64,000 nucleotides of DNA, taken from assembly GCA_035536395.1 (NCBI GenBank), contig DATLOE010000003.1, positions 35,713 through 99,712 of the forward strand, given 5' to 3'. The stretch's first letter is position 1. Each line of letters starts with the position of its first letter. The notes below the pieces were generated by a model, which was not told the DNA's origin, searched no databases, and saw only the letters and a list, made by a program, of their open reading frames with translations. Source of the DNA: Candidatus Dormiibacterota bacterium (GTDB lineage Bacteria > Patescibacteriota > Saccharimonadia > UBA4664 > DATLOE01). A program made the translations under genes and the position numbers. Of the stretch, positions 1-8,488 are shown piece by piece.

Positions 1-76
1 CTTCAAATACATAAACATTTCGCTCAGCTAGAGCAATCGCCTTTTCGCTGACGTGTGGTGTAAGGAGTAGGCTCAT
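1..76 (-). CDS. rplW: 50S ribosomal protein L23, N-terminal fragment (runs off the window edge)
   Basis: The reverse complement reads MSLLLTPHVSEKAIALAERNVYVFE. Its ATG overlaps the rplD stop as ATGA, and the S10-operon order L3-L4-L23 is kept. Confidence 0.6.
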   Translation of the reverse strand, partial: MSLLLTPHVSEKAIALAERNVYVFE

Positions 77-777
77 TTGGCTTCTCCTGCTGCTACCTTA
101 GTCTTGGTTGCAGCTTTTGGCTGGGCCTTCTTCTCTGATTTTTTAGATTCTCCCAGCCAGTTTTCGATTTTGTCTGCGGCATCAGCCGTAATTACGACAG
201 TGTCGGCATTTAGAATCACAAAAACATTCAGGTAGTTAGCGGCGGAGACGACCAGCTCGGGGATATTACGGGTCGAGCGGTCTATGGCATCGGTTTTCTC
301 GGGCACTACCAAGAGCACTCTGCCGGTAACGCCAATCTTCTGCAGCAGCGCGAGGGCTGTTTTAACTTTGCCATTTCCGCCATCGAATGATTCCAGAATA
401 ATTACTTTCTTATCAGCAGCTTGGGCGCTCAGCGCCTGGCGAATAGCCAACCGGCGAACCTTTTGCGGAAGCTGAACTTTGTGATTCTCCTCGCCTGTTG
501 GGCCAAAAGTTACACCGCCGCCCTTCCAGTGAGGTATGCGGATAGAACCGGCCCTGGCCCGCCCGGTACCCTTCTGTCGCCAAGGTTTACGACCGCCGCC
601 GCGCACTTCGCCGCGGGTCAGCACTTTGGCCTGGGCGCTGCGGCCATTAGCCAGATAGGTGTTGTATGCCAGCTTTAAGAGATCGTGGTTCAGTTCCAGC
701 CCAAAGACTTCTTTGGCTAGCGTTACCTGAGCCTCTTTTTTAGCTCCGGTCTTGGAATATGCGGTTACCTTACTCAC
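73..777 (-). CDS. rplD: 50S ribosomal protein L4
   Basis: The 234 aa ORF carries the L4 hallmark RGGGRKPWRQKGTGRAR and lies directly downstream of rplC with an 8 nt overlap. Confidence 0.95.
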   Translation of the reverse strand: MSKVTAYSKTGAKKEAQVTLAKEVFGLELNHDLLKLAYNTYLANGRSAQAKVLTRGEVRGGGRKPWRQKGTGRARAGSIRIPHWKGGGVTFGPTGEENHKVQLPQKVRRLAIRQALSAQAADKKVIILESFDGGNGKVKTALALLQKIGVTGRVLLVVPEKTDAIDRSTRNIPELVVSAANYLNVFVILNADTVVITADAADKIENWLGESKKSEKKAQPKAATKTKVAAGEAK

Positions 778-1438
778 TTGCAGCCTCCTGGCGCTCAGTC
801 GGCTTGATTAGCTTGATCATTACCAAAGATTTACGCGGACCGGGCACGGCGCCTTTTATAGCTACTAGGTTTTTGTCGGCCTCTACCTGTACTACTTTCA
901 AGTTTTTGACGGTTGTGCGCTCACCGCCCATGCGGCCGGCCATTTTAATACCCTTAAAGACCTTCTGGGGGTAGGCGCCGCCGATAGAGCCGGGCTGGCG
1001 ATGGTTGTGCGAACCGTGGCTCTTGGGGCCGGTAGCAAAATTATGCCGCTTTACGGTACCGGCAAAGCCCTTGCCTTTACTGGTAGAAGTTACCTGCACG
1101 GTGTCACCTGCCTGAAAAATACCGGCGTCTATCTTAGCGCCGACCTTAATCGGCTCTTCACCCTCTACAGCCTCTACGTCAGTTACCGAATCTTCCATCC
1201 GTACCTCACGCAGAACCTGTGGAGTAGCTTCACTAAATGTGGCATGTCCGGCTTGCGGTTTTGCCGGGTTCTTGGCCTTGCCAAGCCCCATCTGAATTGC
1301 CATATAGCCATCTTTTTCGCCGGTCTTTACCTGAGTAACCACACAGGGGCCAGCCTCCAGCACGGTGACGCGCTGAACGTTACCTTCTGCATCGAAGATC
1401 TGTGTCATTCCCAGTTTTCGGCCCAAGATAGCCTTCAT
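770..1438 (-). CDS. rplC: 50S ribosomal protein L3
   Basis: The 222 aa ORF has L3 motifs (MKAILGRKLGMTQIF, FKGIKMAGRMG) and a GGAG ribosome-binding site upstream. Confidence 0.95.
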   Translation of the reverse strand: MKAILGRKLGMTQIFDAEGNVQRVTVLEAGPCVVTQVKTGEKDGYMAIQMGLGKAKNPAKPQAGHATFSEATPQVLREVRMEDSVTDVEAVEGEEPIKVGAKIDAGIFQAGDTVQVTSTSKGKGFAGTVKRHNFATGPKSHGSHNHRQPGSIGGAYPQKVFKGIKMAGRMGGERTTVKNLKVVQVEADKNLVAIKGAVPGPRKSLVMIKLIKPTERQEAASE

Positions 1439-1576
1439 CCCGTTTGTTTTGCTCCTTAAACATATAAAATCCTAGGATTCGATCGGTTTTCCGCCTTTAG
1501 GGCGAAACCCTATCAACTCCTAGTTGGGTTAATGTGTATCTGGTCCGGCGGGCGCCGGATGCATTACTACCAAGTG

Positions 1577-1606
1577 AATATACCAGTAAATATGCTCTCC
1601 TGTCAA
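1577..1606 (-). promoter_or_regulatory. Sigma70-like promoter for rplC (minus-strand sense: TTGACA, 18 nt spacer, TATATT), about 130 nt upstream of the start
   Basis: Read on the minus strand: -35 TTGACA at 1606..1601 and -10 TATATT at 1582..1577. The intervening 5' UTR (1440..1575) contains GC-rich hairpins such as ccggcgggcgccgg. Confidence 0.4.
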
Positions 1607-1633
1607 CAGATATAGCCCAGTTACTTTAACTAT

Positions 1634-1661
1634 TGACAACATAAGCTCTTTAGTGTATAGT
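1634..1661 (+). promoter_or_regulatory. Sigma70-like promoter (TTGACA, 16 nt spacer, TATAGT) for the small plus-strand ORF, which would be leaderless
   Basis: TTGACA at 1634-1639 and TATAGT at 1656-1661, with the first ATG at 1671 only 9 nt downstream. Confidence 0.4.
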
Positions 1662-1670
1662 ATTTGCCAT

Positions 1671-1889
1671 ATGAATACTAATGATTTGTTCTACAATTTA
1701 GAGCGCGCATACGGGCGGATTACAGCTATTAATATAGTCCGCTGGGTTATTGCTTACGTGGTATGGATATTTATCTACACCCAGTTGCCGGAGTCGGTTT
1801 GGGTCGTGCGGCCATTTATGACATTCGTGGCTCAAGTGTTGATAGTAGTTATTATGATCGCGGCTATCGAAAAAGCCCGTAAGATGTAA
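1671..1889 (+). CDS. Small hydrophobic membrane protein (72 aa from the ATG at 1671; the track ORF begins at a GTG at 1653)
   Basis: Two predicted transmembrane segments (VRWVIAYVVWIFIY, VAQVLIVVIMIAAI) and a promoter immediately upstream. No homolog recognised. Confidence 0.4.
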   Translation: MNTNDLFYNLERAYGRITAINIVRWVIAYVVWIFIYTQLPESVWVVRPFMTFVAQVLIVVIMIAAIEKARKM

Positions 1890-1946
1890 CGTCGCCTATC
1901 GTTCGGGTAAAGCAAGAACAAAAGGGTGAGGAGTTTAGAGGTATAC

Positions 1947-3725
1947 TCATGACGCCTTGCCTATTAGTTCGCAGGCAAAATTGGTTGTCCCTGCACCATC
2001 TGCATTCACCGTGGAGCTGTTTCCGCTGCCGATTCCAACATTAACCTGGAAGTAATCAGTTGTGCCGTTAGCTAGGAACGTTCCGGTTGTACTAAGAACC
2101 GGGTTTATGGCCCCGGGAATACCATACCACTCCGCAGCCGCTTTACCGGTGTTGTTATTAACGATAGACCAGCTAACTGTTTGGCTGGCGGCCAGGGTGG
2201 ACATATATATTTGGGCTGAACAGCGATAGTAGCCCTTGATCGTGGGAGTAAACCGGCTGTTGCTGGTATCAAACCAGTTGGATACGTCCCAATCCTCAGC
2301 GTTAAAGGTCACATTCACACCCGCGCCCCCTGGGGTTGGGCTTTGAGAGTTGGTCGTTTTTCTTACACGAAAGCTGCCGGCAGCAAATCCATTAGCATCC
2401 TTGCCGGTTGAGCTCACACTGACACTCTCTGTAGTAATAAACCCGTCTTTATCTATCACAAACTTATCGCCTAGGGAGCCGTTGGTAAGAACCAATAGCT
2501 TAGCCCCAGAGGTGGTTAAGTTGGTATTGGCTTTCAGCTGAAAAGCTATAGTGCTGGCACCATCAGCCTTATTAGAGAACAGTATGCCTCCGGAAGTATC
2601 TACACCCAGTAAGGTAGTCCCCGCCGCATTCTGGACTTGGAAGGCAGTAGTAGAGTTGGCGGCGTTTTTGAATAAAGCGGTACCTTCTCCGGTAAAGTTA
2701 TTAGAAACCACCAGGGAGCCACTGTTAGTTAGTGTGGCAGCGGCTGAACGATATAGGGCAACGTCAATATTTGCGCCTGAATACCAATCTATCTCACTGC
2801 TAGCATCCAGCAGTATGCTAGCTCCTGAGCGCATATCCAGTGCTGGGCCATTGATGTATATGCGGCCACTAAATACTCCGTTGCCTGCTACATCCAGAGT
2901 ATCGGTCGGTGTTTTGCCTATGCCTACCCAGGCGTTAGTGGTGTCGGCCACCAGCAGGTTAGCTCCAGCTGCATTCTGGATTCTGAAGGCAGTGGTAGAG
3001 TCGGCGGCATTACGATGCAGGAGTGTGCCATTGAACCGGTTGTTACCGGTAAAGGTCTGAGGGCCGGTGCCGTTTAGTAGGGCTATGTTAGAGCTTAGTG
3101 CACTATCTGCTACCTTGCCAGCAGTCGAGATGGTGTTTAGCTTAGAGTCAGCTATAGAGCCGGCCAGTTCAGCATTCTCTATCAGCTGGCCGAGTAGAGA
3201 GACGGAAGAGCTTAGTCTGGCGTTATCTAGAGTGCCAGAGGAAAGATTGGTGGCATTAAGGGAGGTAAGGGAGGCACCGGAGCCTGCGAAGGTACCGGCT
3301 TGAACCGTACCTGACACATTGATGTTACCGGTCTCTTGCACTCCTGGGCTGGTGGCCTGGAGTGAGACACAAGTGCCATTGGGGCAGGTGGCAGTACCAC
3401 TGGGGCCTTGGGCACCGGTGGCGCCGGTTGCACCTGTTGGGCCAGTGGCTCCGATTGCACCAGTGACTCCCTGGATGCCTTGTTCCCCTTGTGGGCCGGT
3501 GGAGCCTTGCAGGCCTTGAGATCCCTGGGAGCCTGGCGCACCTTGGAGGCCGGCTGCGCCGGTGAGGCCTATGGGGCCAGCAGTACCGGCTATGCCTTGT
3601 TCACCTCTTGGACCGCGCTCACCGGGGTAGGTTAGGAATTGATCAGCTAGGAGGCCGGCGCCTGAGCTAATGAGGGCGGTGGCTAGGATTAGGGTTAGAA
3701 GTTTGGGGGTGGTTAGGTTCATCAT
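1947..3725 (-). CDS. Membrane-anchored collagen-like (G-X-Y) fibre protein with fibre-type beta repeats and a C1q/TNF-like C-terminal head
   Basis: N-terminal hydrophobic anchor [18 protein letters not shown], then about 75 aa of GxY triplets ([13 protein letters not shown]...), then three copies of the module [17 protein letters not shown]. The C-terminus ([10 protein letters not shown]...[10 protein letters not shown]) resembles BclA/C1q-like domains. Its start overlaps the upstream gene's stop as ATGA. Confidence 0.8.
   Translation of the reverse strand: MMNLTTPKLLTLILATALISSGAGLLADQFLTYPGERGPRGEQGIAGTAGPIGLTGAAGLQGAPGSQGSQGLQGSTGPQGEQGIQGVTGAIGATGPTGATGATGAQGPSGTATCPNGTCVSLQATSPGVQETGNINVSGTVQAGTFAGSGASLTSLNATNLSSGTLDNARLSSSVSLLGQLIENAELAGSIADSKLNTISTAGKVADSALSSNIALLNGTGPQTFTGNNRFNGTLLHRNAADSTTAFRIQNAAGANLLVADTTNAWVGIGKTPTDTLDVAGNGVFSGRIYINGPALDMRSGASILLDASSEIDWYSGANIDVALYRSAAATLTNSGSLVVSNNFTGEGTALFKNAANSTTAFQVQNAAGTTLLGVDTSGGILFSNKADGASTIAFQLKANTNLTTSGAKLLVLTNGSLGDKFVIDKDGFITTESVSVSSTGKDANGFAAGSFRVRKTTNSQSPTPGGAGVNVTFNAEDWDVSNWFDTSNSRFTPTIKGYYRCSAQIYMSTLAASQTVSWSIVNNNTGKAAAEWYGIPGAINPVLSTTGTFLANGTTDYFQVNVGIGSGNSSTVNADGAGTTNFACELIGKAS
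3098..3395. repeat. About 300 bp near-identical direct repeat, copy 1 (partner at 5581..5880)
   Basis: By eye the nucleotide sequence from cttagtgcactatctgctacc through ggggcaggtggcagt matches copy 2 at about 95%, with 75-85% identity continuing through the GGN collagen-coding region. Confidence 0.7.
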
Positions 3726-6316
3726 TCTGCCCTAAAGGTTATGCCATCAAGTGGGAGATACTCTGTAGCGCCAAAGATGTACAATACTTCACCTGCGGAT
3801 CCTGGAGTAAGATTTTTTGATTTAATTACGAAACCACCCAGTATATAGCCAGTACCAGAGCTCCATGAAGCAGTAGAAAACTCCGCATCAGATGTACCAT
3901 CGGGTGCGTACCCTGAAGGCAAAGTGAATATCCTACTAGCTGTTCCCGATGACCGTTTTGCCTGACCTTTAAGGTGAACTACTCCCATAGAATCCTTAAA
4001 GAAGGCAACTGGCCTGTTTGCATCATAATTACCCCAGCCCGTATTAAAGGCCGGCTCTCCGACACCACCTACAAGATGCCAATTTTCCTGCTTAATATAG
4101 CCATCTTTATCTATCGAGAACTTCTCCACTCCATTATTCTTGAGGGATAGCAGTTTAGCACCGGAGGTAGCTAGAGAGACGGTGGTGTTGAAGGTAAAAC
4201 CTACCGCAGTAGCTCCATCTGCTACGCTACTAAATATGCGTGCGTTACTGGTATCAACACCGAATAAGGTAGTCCCAGTTGCATTCTGCACCTGGAAGGC
4301 GGTGGTGGAGTTGGTGGAGTTTTTGAATAAGACTGTCCCCCTGACAGCTAGCTCCTGACCAACCGAGACAGATTGGGTAAAGGTGGCTGGTCCCTGCACT
4401 TGAAGTTGGCCGACCACATTGGTATTGCCCGCCGTCAATTCACCACCCGTCCCGCCTTCAGCCAAGTTTTGGCCGCCCAGACCAACCAGATCAACCGCCC
4501 CACCAATCTTCAGCCGGGAGACTGAGGCATAATAAATAGTGTTTTGAATGCTCTCACCATCATAACCAGCCATTACATAGACCCAGCCATTAGCGATGAT
4601 TGAGCTAGCTGCCCTTCTTGTTGTTGGAAGAGCGGCTAAGTTAGTACTCCAACTGCCTACAGACCCATCGGCATTCAACTTTCCATAGTGGACAGTGGCT
4701 GCGGAATTGCCACCAATTACATACACGTATCCGTCTGCTACTACTGATGAGTGGTTCTCCCGGATAGCAGGCAACGTATTACTATTGGTTGACCAAGCCC
4801 CAGTTGAACCGTCGGCGTTTAACTTTGCGTAGTAAACAGTTGATTGAGCAGCACTGTCGTTTGCACCACCAATCACATAGACATAACCGTTTGCCACAAT
4901 AGAGCTGTGTGAATTTCGAACAGCTGGCAGAGCGTTAGCATTGGTACTCCAGCTGCCAGTGGAGCCATCGGCGTTAAGTTTGGCGTAGTAGACAGTTGAT
5001 TGAGCACTAGCATTAAATCCACCCAATACATATACGTATCCATTTGCAACTACAGAACTGGCAAAACTTCGAGCGGCAGGTAGTGTATTAGAGTTGGTTT
5101 GCCAAGCATCGGTTGAGCCGTCGGCGTTGAGCTTAGCGTAGTAGACAGTAGAGTCTGGTGTGCGCCCACCAATCACGTAAATATATCCATTAGCCACAAC
5201 TGATGTATGGGCTGATCGTACGGCAGGCAAGGCATTCGCATTGGTGGACCAGGTTCCAGCGGATCCATCAGCATTTAGCTTGGCATAATAGACAGTGGAT
5301 TGGGCATTTCCAGATCCAGTCGAATTTTCTCCACCAATCATATACACAAACCCATTAGCAGTGACTGAAGAATGTAACCAGCGGACACCTGGCAAGGCAT
5401 TACTGCCAGTACTCCAACTCTGCAGTTCACCCGAATTTAGTCCGTTAAGAGTTAAATTGCCATTGGTAGTATCTACCTGAAAAAGACTACCTGCCGCTGC
5501 ATTCTGTATCTGGAAGGCGGTCGTGGAATTGGCGGCGTTTCGGTGGAGAAAGGTGCCGTTGAGTAAGGCTACATTGGCACTTAGTGCACTATCTGCTACC
5601 TTGCCGGCAGTCGAGATGGTATTTAGCTTAGAGTCAGCTATAGAGCCGGCCAGTTCAGCATTCTCTATCAGCTGGCCTAAGAGTGAGACGGAAGAGCTTA
5701 GTCTGGCGTTATCTAGAGTGCCAGAGGAAAGATTGGTGGCATTGAGGGAGGTTAGTGAAGCTCCGCTCCCGCTGAAGGAGCCGGCTTGAACCGTACCTGA
5801 CACATTGATATTACCGGTCTCTTGCACCCCTGGGCTTGTGGCCTGGAGTGAAACACAAGTGCCATTGGGGCAGGTGGCAGTGCCGGATGGGCCGGTGGCT
5901 CCGGTTGCACCTGTTGCACCAGTGGCTCCAGTTGCACCAGTGGCTCCCTGGATACCCTGCTCCCCTTGCGGGCCGGTTGAACCTTGGATACCTTGGGCGC
6001 CCTGCTCGCCTGGCGAGCCCTGCAAGCCGGCTGCACCGCTTAGGCCGATGAGGCCAGTGGCTCCCTGGGTACCTTGCTCGCCTTTTGGTCCACGCTCCCC
6101 AGGGTAGGTTAGGTACTGGTCGGCAATGAGACCGCCTGCGGCTCCGACTATGGCAGTTGTAAAGAAGATCATAAGTAGTTGGTTGAAGGAGAGGGAGAGT
6201 ATCCCGGCTTGATTCTTGAGTAACGCAAATAGACCCGTTGGGGGCGGGGTGTTTGGTTGGTGCGAATGCTTCGCAATGGAACCTTTGATGCCTTTTAGGC
6301 CATGAAGGTTAACCAA
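3722..6316 (-). CDS. Membrane-anchored collagen-like fibre protein with a six-blade Kelch-type beta-propeller and a distinct C-terminal domain. The start is uncertain: TTG at 6316 or ATG at 6172.
   Basis: Transmembrane segment [18 protein letters not shown], GxY triplets including (GAT)x5, a shared N-terminal module [30 protein letters not shown], and six repeats of the form [14 protein letters not shown]......P..R......[11 protein letters not shown]. Confidence 0.8.
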   Translation of the reverse strand: MVNLHGLKGIKGSIAKHSHQPNTPPPTGLFALLKNQAGILSLSFNQLLMIFFTTAIVGAAGGLIADQYLTYPGERGPKGEQGTQGATGLIGLSGAAGLQGSPGEQGAQGIQGSTGPQGEQGIQGATGATGATGATGATGATGPSGTATCPNGTCVSLQATSPGVQETGNINVSGTVQAGSFSGSGASLTSLNATNLSSGTLDNARLSSSVSLLGQLIENAELAGSIADSKLNTISTAGKVADSALSANVALLNGTFLHRNAANSTTAFQIQNAAAGSLFQVDTTNGNLTLNGLNSGELQSWSTGSNALPGVRWLHSSVTANGFVYMIGGENSTGSGNAQSTVYYAKLNADGSAGTWSTNANALPAVRSAHTSVVANGYIYVIGGRTPDSTVYYAKLNADGSTDAWQTNSNTLPAARSFASSVVANGYVYVLGGFNASAQSTVYYAKLNADGSTGSWSTNANALPAVRNSHSSIVANGYVYVIGGANDSAAQSTVYYAKLNADGSTGAWSTNSNTLPAIRENHSSVVADGYVYVIGGNSAATVHYGKLNADGSVGSWSTNLAALPTTRRAASSIIANGWVYVMAGYDGESIQNTIYYASVSRLKIGGAVDLVGLGGQNLAEGGTGGELTAGNTNVVGQLQVQGPATFTQSVSVGQELAVRGTVLFKNSTNSTTAFQVQNATGTTLFGVDTSNARIFSSVADGATAVGFTFNTTVSLATSGAKLLSLKNNGVEKFSIDKDGYIKQENWHLVGGVGEPAFNTGWGNYDANRPVAFFKDSMGVVHLKGQAKRSSGTASRIFTLPSGYAPDGTSDAEFSTASWSSGTGYILGGFVIKSKNLTPGSAGEVLYIFGATEYLPLDGITFRAE
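4530..5450. repeat. Six tandem units of about 150 bp encoding the Kelch blades
   Basis: Repeated DNA units of the form ccaccaatcacata[cg]a[ct]a...cc[ag]tt[ag]gc.ac.a.tga, visible in the sequence and in the protein repeats. Confidence 0.6.
5581..5880. repeat. About 300 bp near-identical direct repeat, copy 2 (partner at 3098..3395)
   Basis: See copy 1. It encodes the shared module [50 protein letters not shown]. Confidence 0.7.
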
Positions 6317-6357
6317 CCGGATGATAACTCCTCTTTAGTTTTTATTTACTCCACCTT

Positions 6358-6446
6358 GCTTATGCCAAGAACAGGGTGTTTAAGACCCCGAGAAAGCATA
6401 AGCGTGATGTGTAGTAATTATACCGCTTATGCTCAGGGAGTGTAAA
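6358..6446 (-). promoter_or_regulatory. Promoter (TTTACA, 18 nt spacer, TATAAT) plus three copies of the GCTTATGC / GCATAAGC motif upstream of the collagen-fibre operon
   Basis: On the minus strand: -35 TTTACA at 6446..6441 and -10 TATAAT at 6422..6417. Motif copies sit at 6358-6365 (forward), 6396-6403 (reverse) and 6425-6432 (forward, directly abutting the -10). Confidence 0.45.
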
Positions 6447-6455
6447 GGGGTAAAA

Positions 6456-6701
6456 TTAGAATCGCCAAGTGACAGTAATGCCGATACCGAAGAGGCCTAG
6501 CAATGAAGCAATTACAAGTATGGCGTACTCTATTTTGCGATCAATCTGCAGCTTTTCATGACGAACTGCAAGTAAGCCCAGAATCAGGCCGAAGGGCAGC
6601 AGGCGGGCCTCGTTAAAAGCAAACCAAACGCTTCCGATAATGAAGTACAGCAGGATTTTTAAAAAGTAGATGCTATCGAGTTCTTGTTTTACAGGTTTCA
6701 T
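6456..6701 (-). CDS. Small two-TM membrane protein (81 aa from the ATG at 6701; the track ORF extends to 6770)
   Basis: An AGGGG ribosome-binding site precedes the ATG at 6701, and the protein has two hydrophobic helices. The motif copy GCTTATGC lies at 6723-6730, 22 nt upstream. Confidence 0.4.
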   Translation of the reverse strand: MKPVKQELDSIYFLKILLYFIIGSVWFAFNEARLLPFGLILGLLAVRHEKLQIDRKIEYAILVIASLLGLFGIGITVTWRF

Positions 6702-6865
6702 ACCCCTATCTAACCACAAAATGCTTATGCTGTCATCTCCAATGCGCTTATCTTGGCGTTCCCACAACATTCCCCTTGCCCGCCTCAGAAGCTCTTGTTA
6801 ATGCTCCTAATGCCTAACGGCACCTATTGCCTGTAGGATGGAGACAGTAATAAAGGGGGTATGCA

Positions 6866-7089
6866 TGGCAAAAGAACGAGGCAAAATGAGTCGGGCCGAG
6901 GCCGGCAAGCTAGGCGGCGAGGCTACGAGTAAAAAACATGATTCAGAGTTCTACTCTGAGATCGGTCAGAAAGGCGGCCAAGAAAGCGGAGGGAACTTTA
7001 AAAATGACCCCGAGCGGGCCAGGGAGGCCGGCAAGAAAGGCGGCCAGGCATCCACTAGCCGGAGCAGAGAGGATACAGAAGAAATATAG
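6866..7089 (+). CDS. KGG-repeat stress-induced protein (YciG / Con-10-like)
   Basis: MAKERGKMSRAEAGKLGGEATSKK...GQKGGQESGGNF...AGKKGGQAS carries three KGG-type repeats. An AAGGGGG ribosome-binding site sits 6 nt before the ATG at 6866 (the track ORF starts at 6838). Confidence 0.6.
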
Positions 7090-7096
7090 CCTGATA

Positions 7097-7125
7097 AAAG
7101 AGCCCCTTCGGGGGCCTTTTTTATT
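7097..7125 (+). terminator. Rho-independent terminator after the KGG gene
   Basis: Hairpin gagcccc-ttcg-ggggc followed by TTTTTTATTTCTCTCTTT. Confidence 0.6.
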
Positions 7126-7305
7126 TCTCTCTTTAAAACAAAATAACGCCTTTGCTGGAGTGGAGTACAAGGCAGAATCGATATCTAAATAAGTTTATAT
7201 TTTGATGAGATGCAAGGCGGCGCTGAAGCGCGCCAGTGAGCAGTAGCCAAACCTACTGTGAATGCGCACTGGAAGCGCCAACGCCGCAGCTCGCGAAATA
7301 CAAAG

Positions 7306-7752
7306 TTATTGCTTGTAGTAGGAGCGGATTTGGAACAGAATGTACAACCCTATAACCGCGCTCACCAGACCGCTTACAATCTGACCGTTCATAATGCTGT
7401 AAACGAGGTTAACGATGTCACTGTAGAACACTAGGTTCCAGCCGCTCATCTTGCGGGCAAACAGGCCCGGCAGAGCTGCTATCATCAACACTACCTGCAC
7501 AATGAGGGCAATTAAAGCCGCGCCCAAACCGGCGGCTGCTGTAGCTCCCCCGAGGCCAGAAAATGGCAGTACGGCCGCGCCTAAGCCCAGCGCCACTAAG
7601 ATGGCCGGTGCCAGAAGCACTAATATTACGATGTTTATCCATGGAGCGTACTTTACTATCCAGTCTTTAGCGCCTTTGGGGATCTGGAAGGGAGCCTTTG
7701 TTACAAAATAATACTCCATCTTTTGCATGATACCTTGTGATTGCTGGGCCAT
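7306..7752 (-). CDS. 4-TM membrane protein, paralog A (unknown family)
   Basis: 148 aa. Shares with paralog B the features W(I/V)V(K/R)(Y/N)A.W, KGWNL, and a C-terminal QIRSYYK. Confidence 0.55.
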   Translation of the reverse strand: MAQQSQGIMQKMEYYFVTKAPFQIPKGAKDWIVKYAPWINIVILVLLAPAILVALGLGAAVLPFSGLGGATAAAGLGAALIALIVQVVLMIAALPGLFARKMSGWNLVFYSDIVNLVYSIMNGQIVSGLVSAVIGLYILFQIRSYYKQ

Positions 7753-7817
7753 AAGTTTTCCTTTACTTAAGGTTAATTTGCTTTAATTAAAGCACTACGG
7801 CACCCAAAAAGCAATAC

Positions 7818-7826
7818 GCTTATGCT
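7818..7826. promoter_or_regulatory. GCTTATGCT motif copy upstream of paralog A
   Basis: cgCTTATGCTTtg lies about 66 nt upstream of the ATG at 7752 and overlaps the stop of the preceding gene. Confidence 0.35.
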
Positions 7827-8281
7827 TTGTAATAAGAGCGAATTTGGAGCAGTATATAGAAGCTAATGCCGGTTATTACTACAGCCGTTACGTAATGGCC
7901 AAAAACGATATCGTATATTGTATGGGTTATGGCAGCCGCGGCCAGCAGATTCCAGCCCTTCATCTCTCTGCGCTCTAGCGGCTTAATGGCCAGTGCGATC
8001 AATATAAACTGGATGATTAATGCTACCGCCCCGCCGCTTATATCACTGGCTGAACTTGGTATACCCAGAAATGCCAGCGGCAGCTTGTTTATACCCAGCA
8101 CCACGGCCAGCGCTACTACCGGCAGATAGAGAATGGTGAGCAATATGGCTACCCAGTGAGCGTTGCGTACGATCCACTCCTTAGCCCAGAAAGGCAGGCG
8201 GTACCCGCCGCCATCGCTGTAGCCGCGCACGGCTGCCTGACGGCCAGAATTGCCCCGGTTTACCTTGCGTCCGCCCGCCAT
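7820..8281 (-). CDS. 4-TM membrane protein, paralog B
   Basis: 153 aa ending QIRSYYKA. A GAAGGGGAA ribosome-binding site lies inside the end of the upstream micro-ORF. Confidence 0.55.
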   Translation of the reverse strand: MAGGRKVNRGNSGRQAAVRGYSDGGGYRLPFWAKEWIVRNAHWVAILLTILYLPVVALAVVLGINKLPLAFLGIPSSASDISGGAVALIIQFILIALAIKPLERREMKGWNLLAAAAITHTIYDIVFGHYVTAVVITGISFYILLQIRSYYKA

Positions 8282-8284
8282 CTG

Positions 8285-8416
8285 CTATTCCCCTTCGACG
8301 CCCGGCAGATCTACCTTGTGGCCGTTCGTACAGTGGCCATGATTGTCTTGTTCCTGGCAGTCTTCATCTTGGCAGTTTAGAGCTACTTCTTCGCTACATT
8401 CTACGCATTTAGCCAT
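8285..8416 (-). CDS. Cys/His-rich 43 aa micro-protein, a putative zinc-binding peptide (below the ORF-track size cutoff)
   Basis: MAKCVECSEEVALNCQDEDCQEQDNHGHCTNGHKVDLPGVEGE, with 6 Cys and 3 His. A consensus AGGAGG ribosome-binding site sits 6 nt upstream, and its stop is 3 nt from the ATG of paralog B. Confidence 0.45.
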   Translation of the reverse strand: MAKCVECSEEVALNCQDEDCQEQDNHGHCTNGHKVDLPGVEGE

Positions 8417-8442
8417 AAATTCCTCCTGTTAGGTTTATTAAT

Positions 8443-8454
8443 GCTTATGCTTAT
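8443..8454. promoter_or_regulatory. Tandem GCTTAT-GCTTAT motif copy upstream of the micro-protein operon
   Basis: atGCTTATGCTTATat lies 27 nt upstream of the ATG at 8416. Confidence 0.35.
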
Positions 8455-8488
8455 ATTTTAGCACATCTGGTGAATATTTTAGAAAAAG

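Noticed and set aside
3227-6107. Track ORFs in alternative frames or antisense within the collagen genes (for example 3227..3541, 3319..3519, 5752..6036, 5805..6107, 5836..6051)
   Set aside because: These are Pro/Ala/Gly-rich artefacts created by GGN/GCN triplet periodicity of the collagen-coding strand. They are fully nested in well-supported genes.
1947-6316. Diversity-generating retroelement (template/variable repeat) as an explanation for the repeated segments in the fibre genes
   Set aside because: The differences between the repeat copies are not adenine-specific. The repeat lies in the N-terminal stalk rather than in a C-terminal variable region. No reverse transcriptase gene is present in the window.
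7180-7300. GC-rich inverted repeats (gcgctgaagcgcgcc) downstream of the 7306..7752 gene read as a terminator
   Set aside because: Only 4-5 bp pair cleanly and no adjacent U-tract is present. The bidirectional KGG terminator at 7097..7125 probably serves instead.
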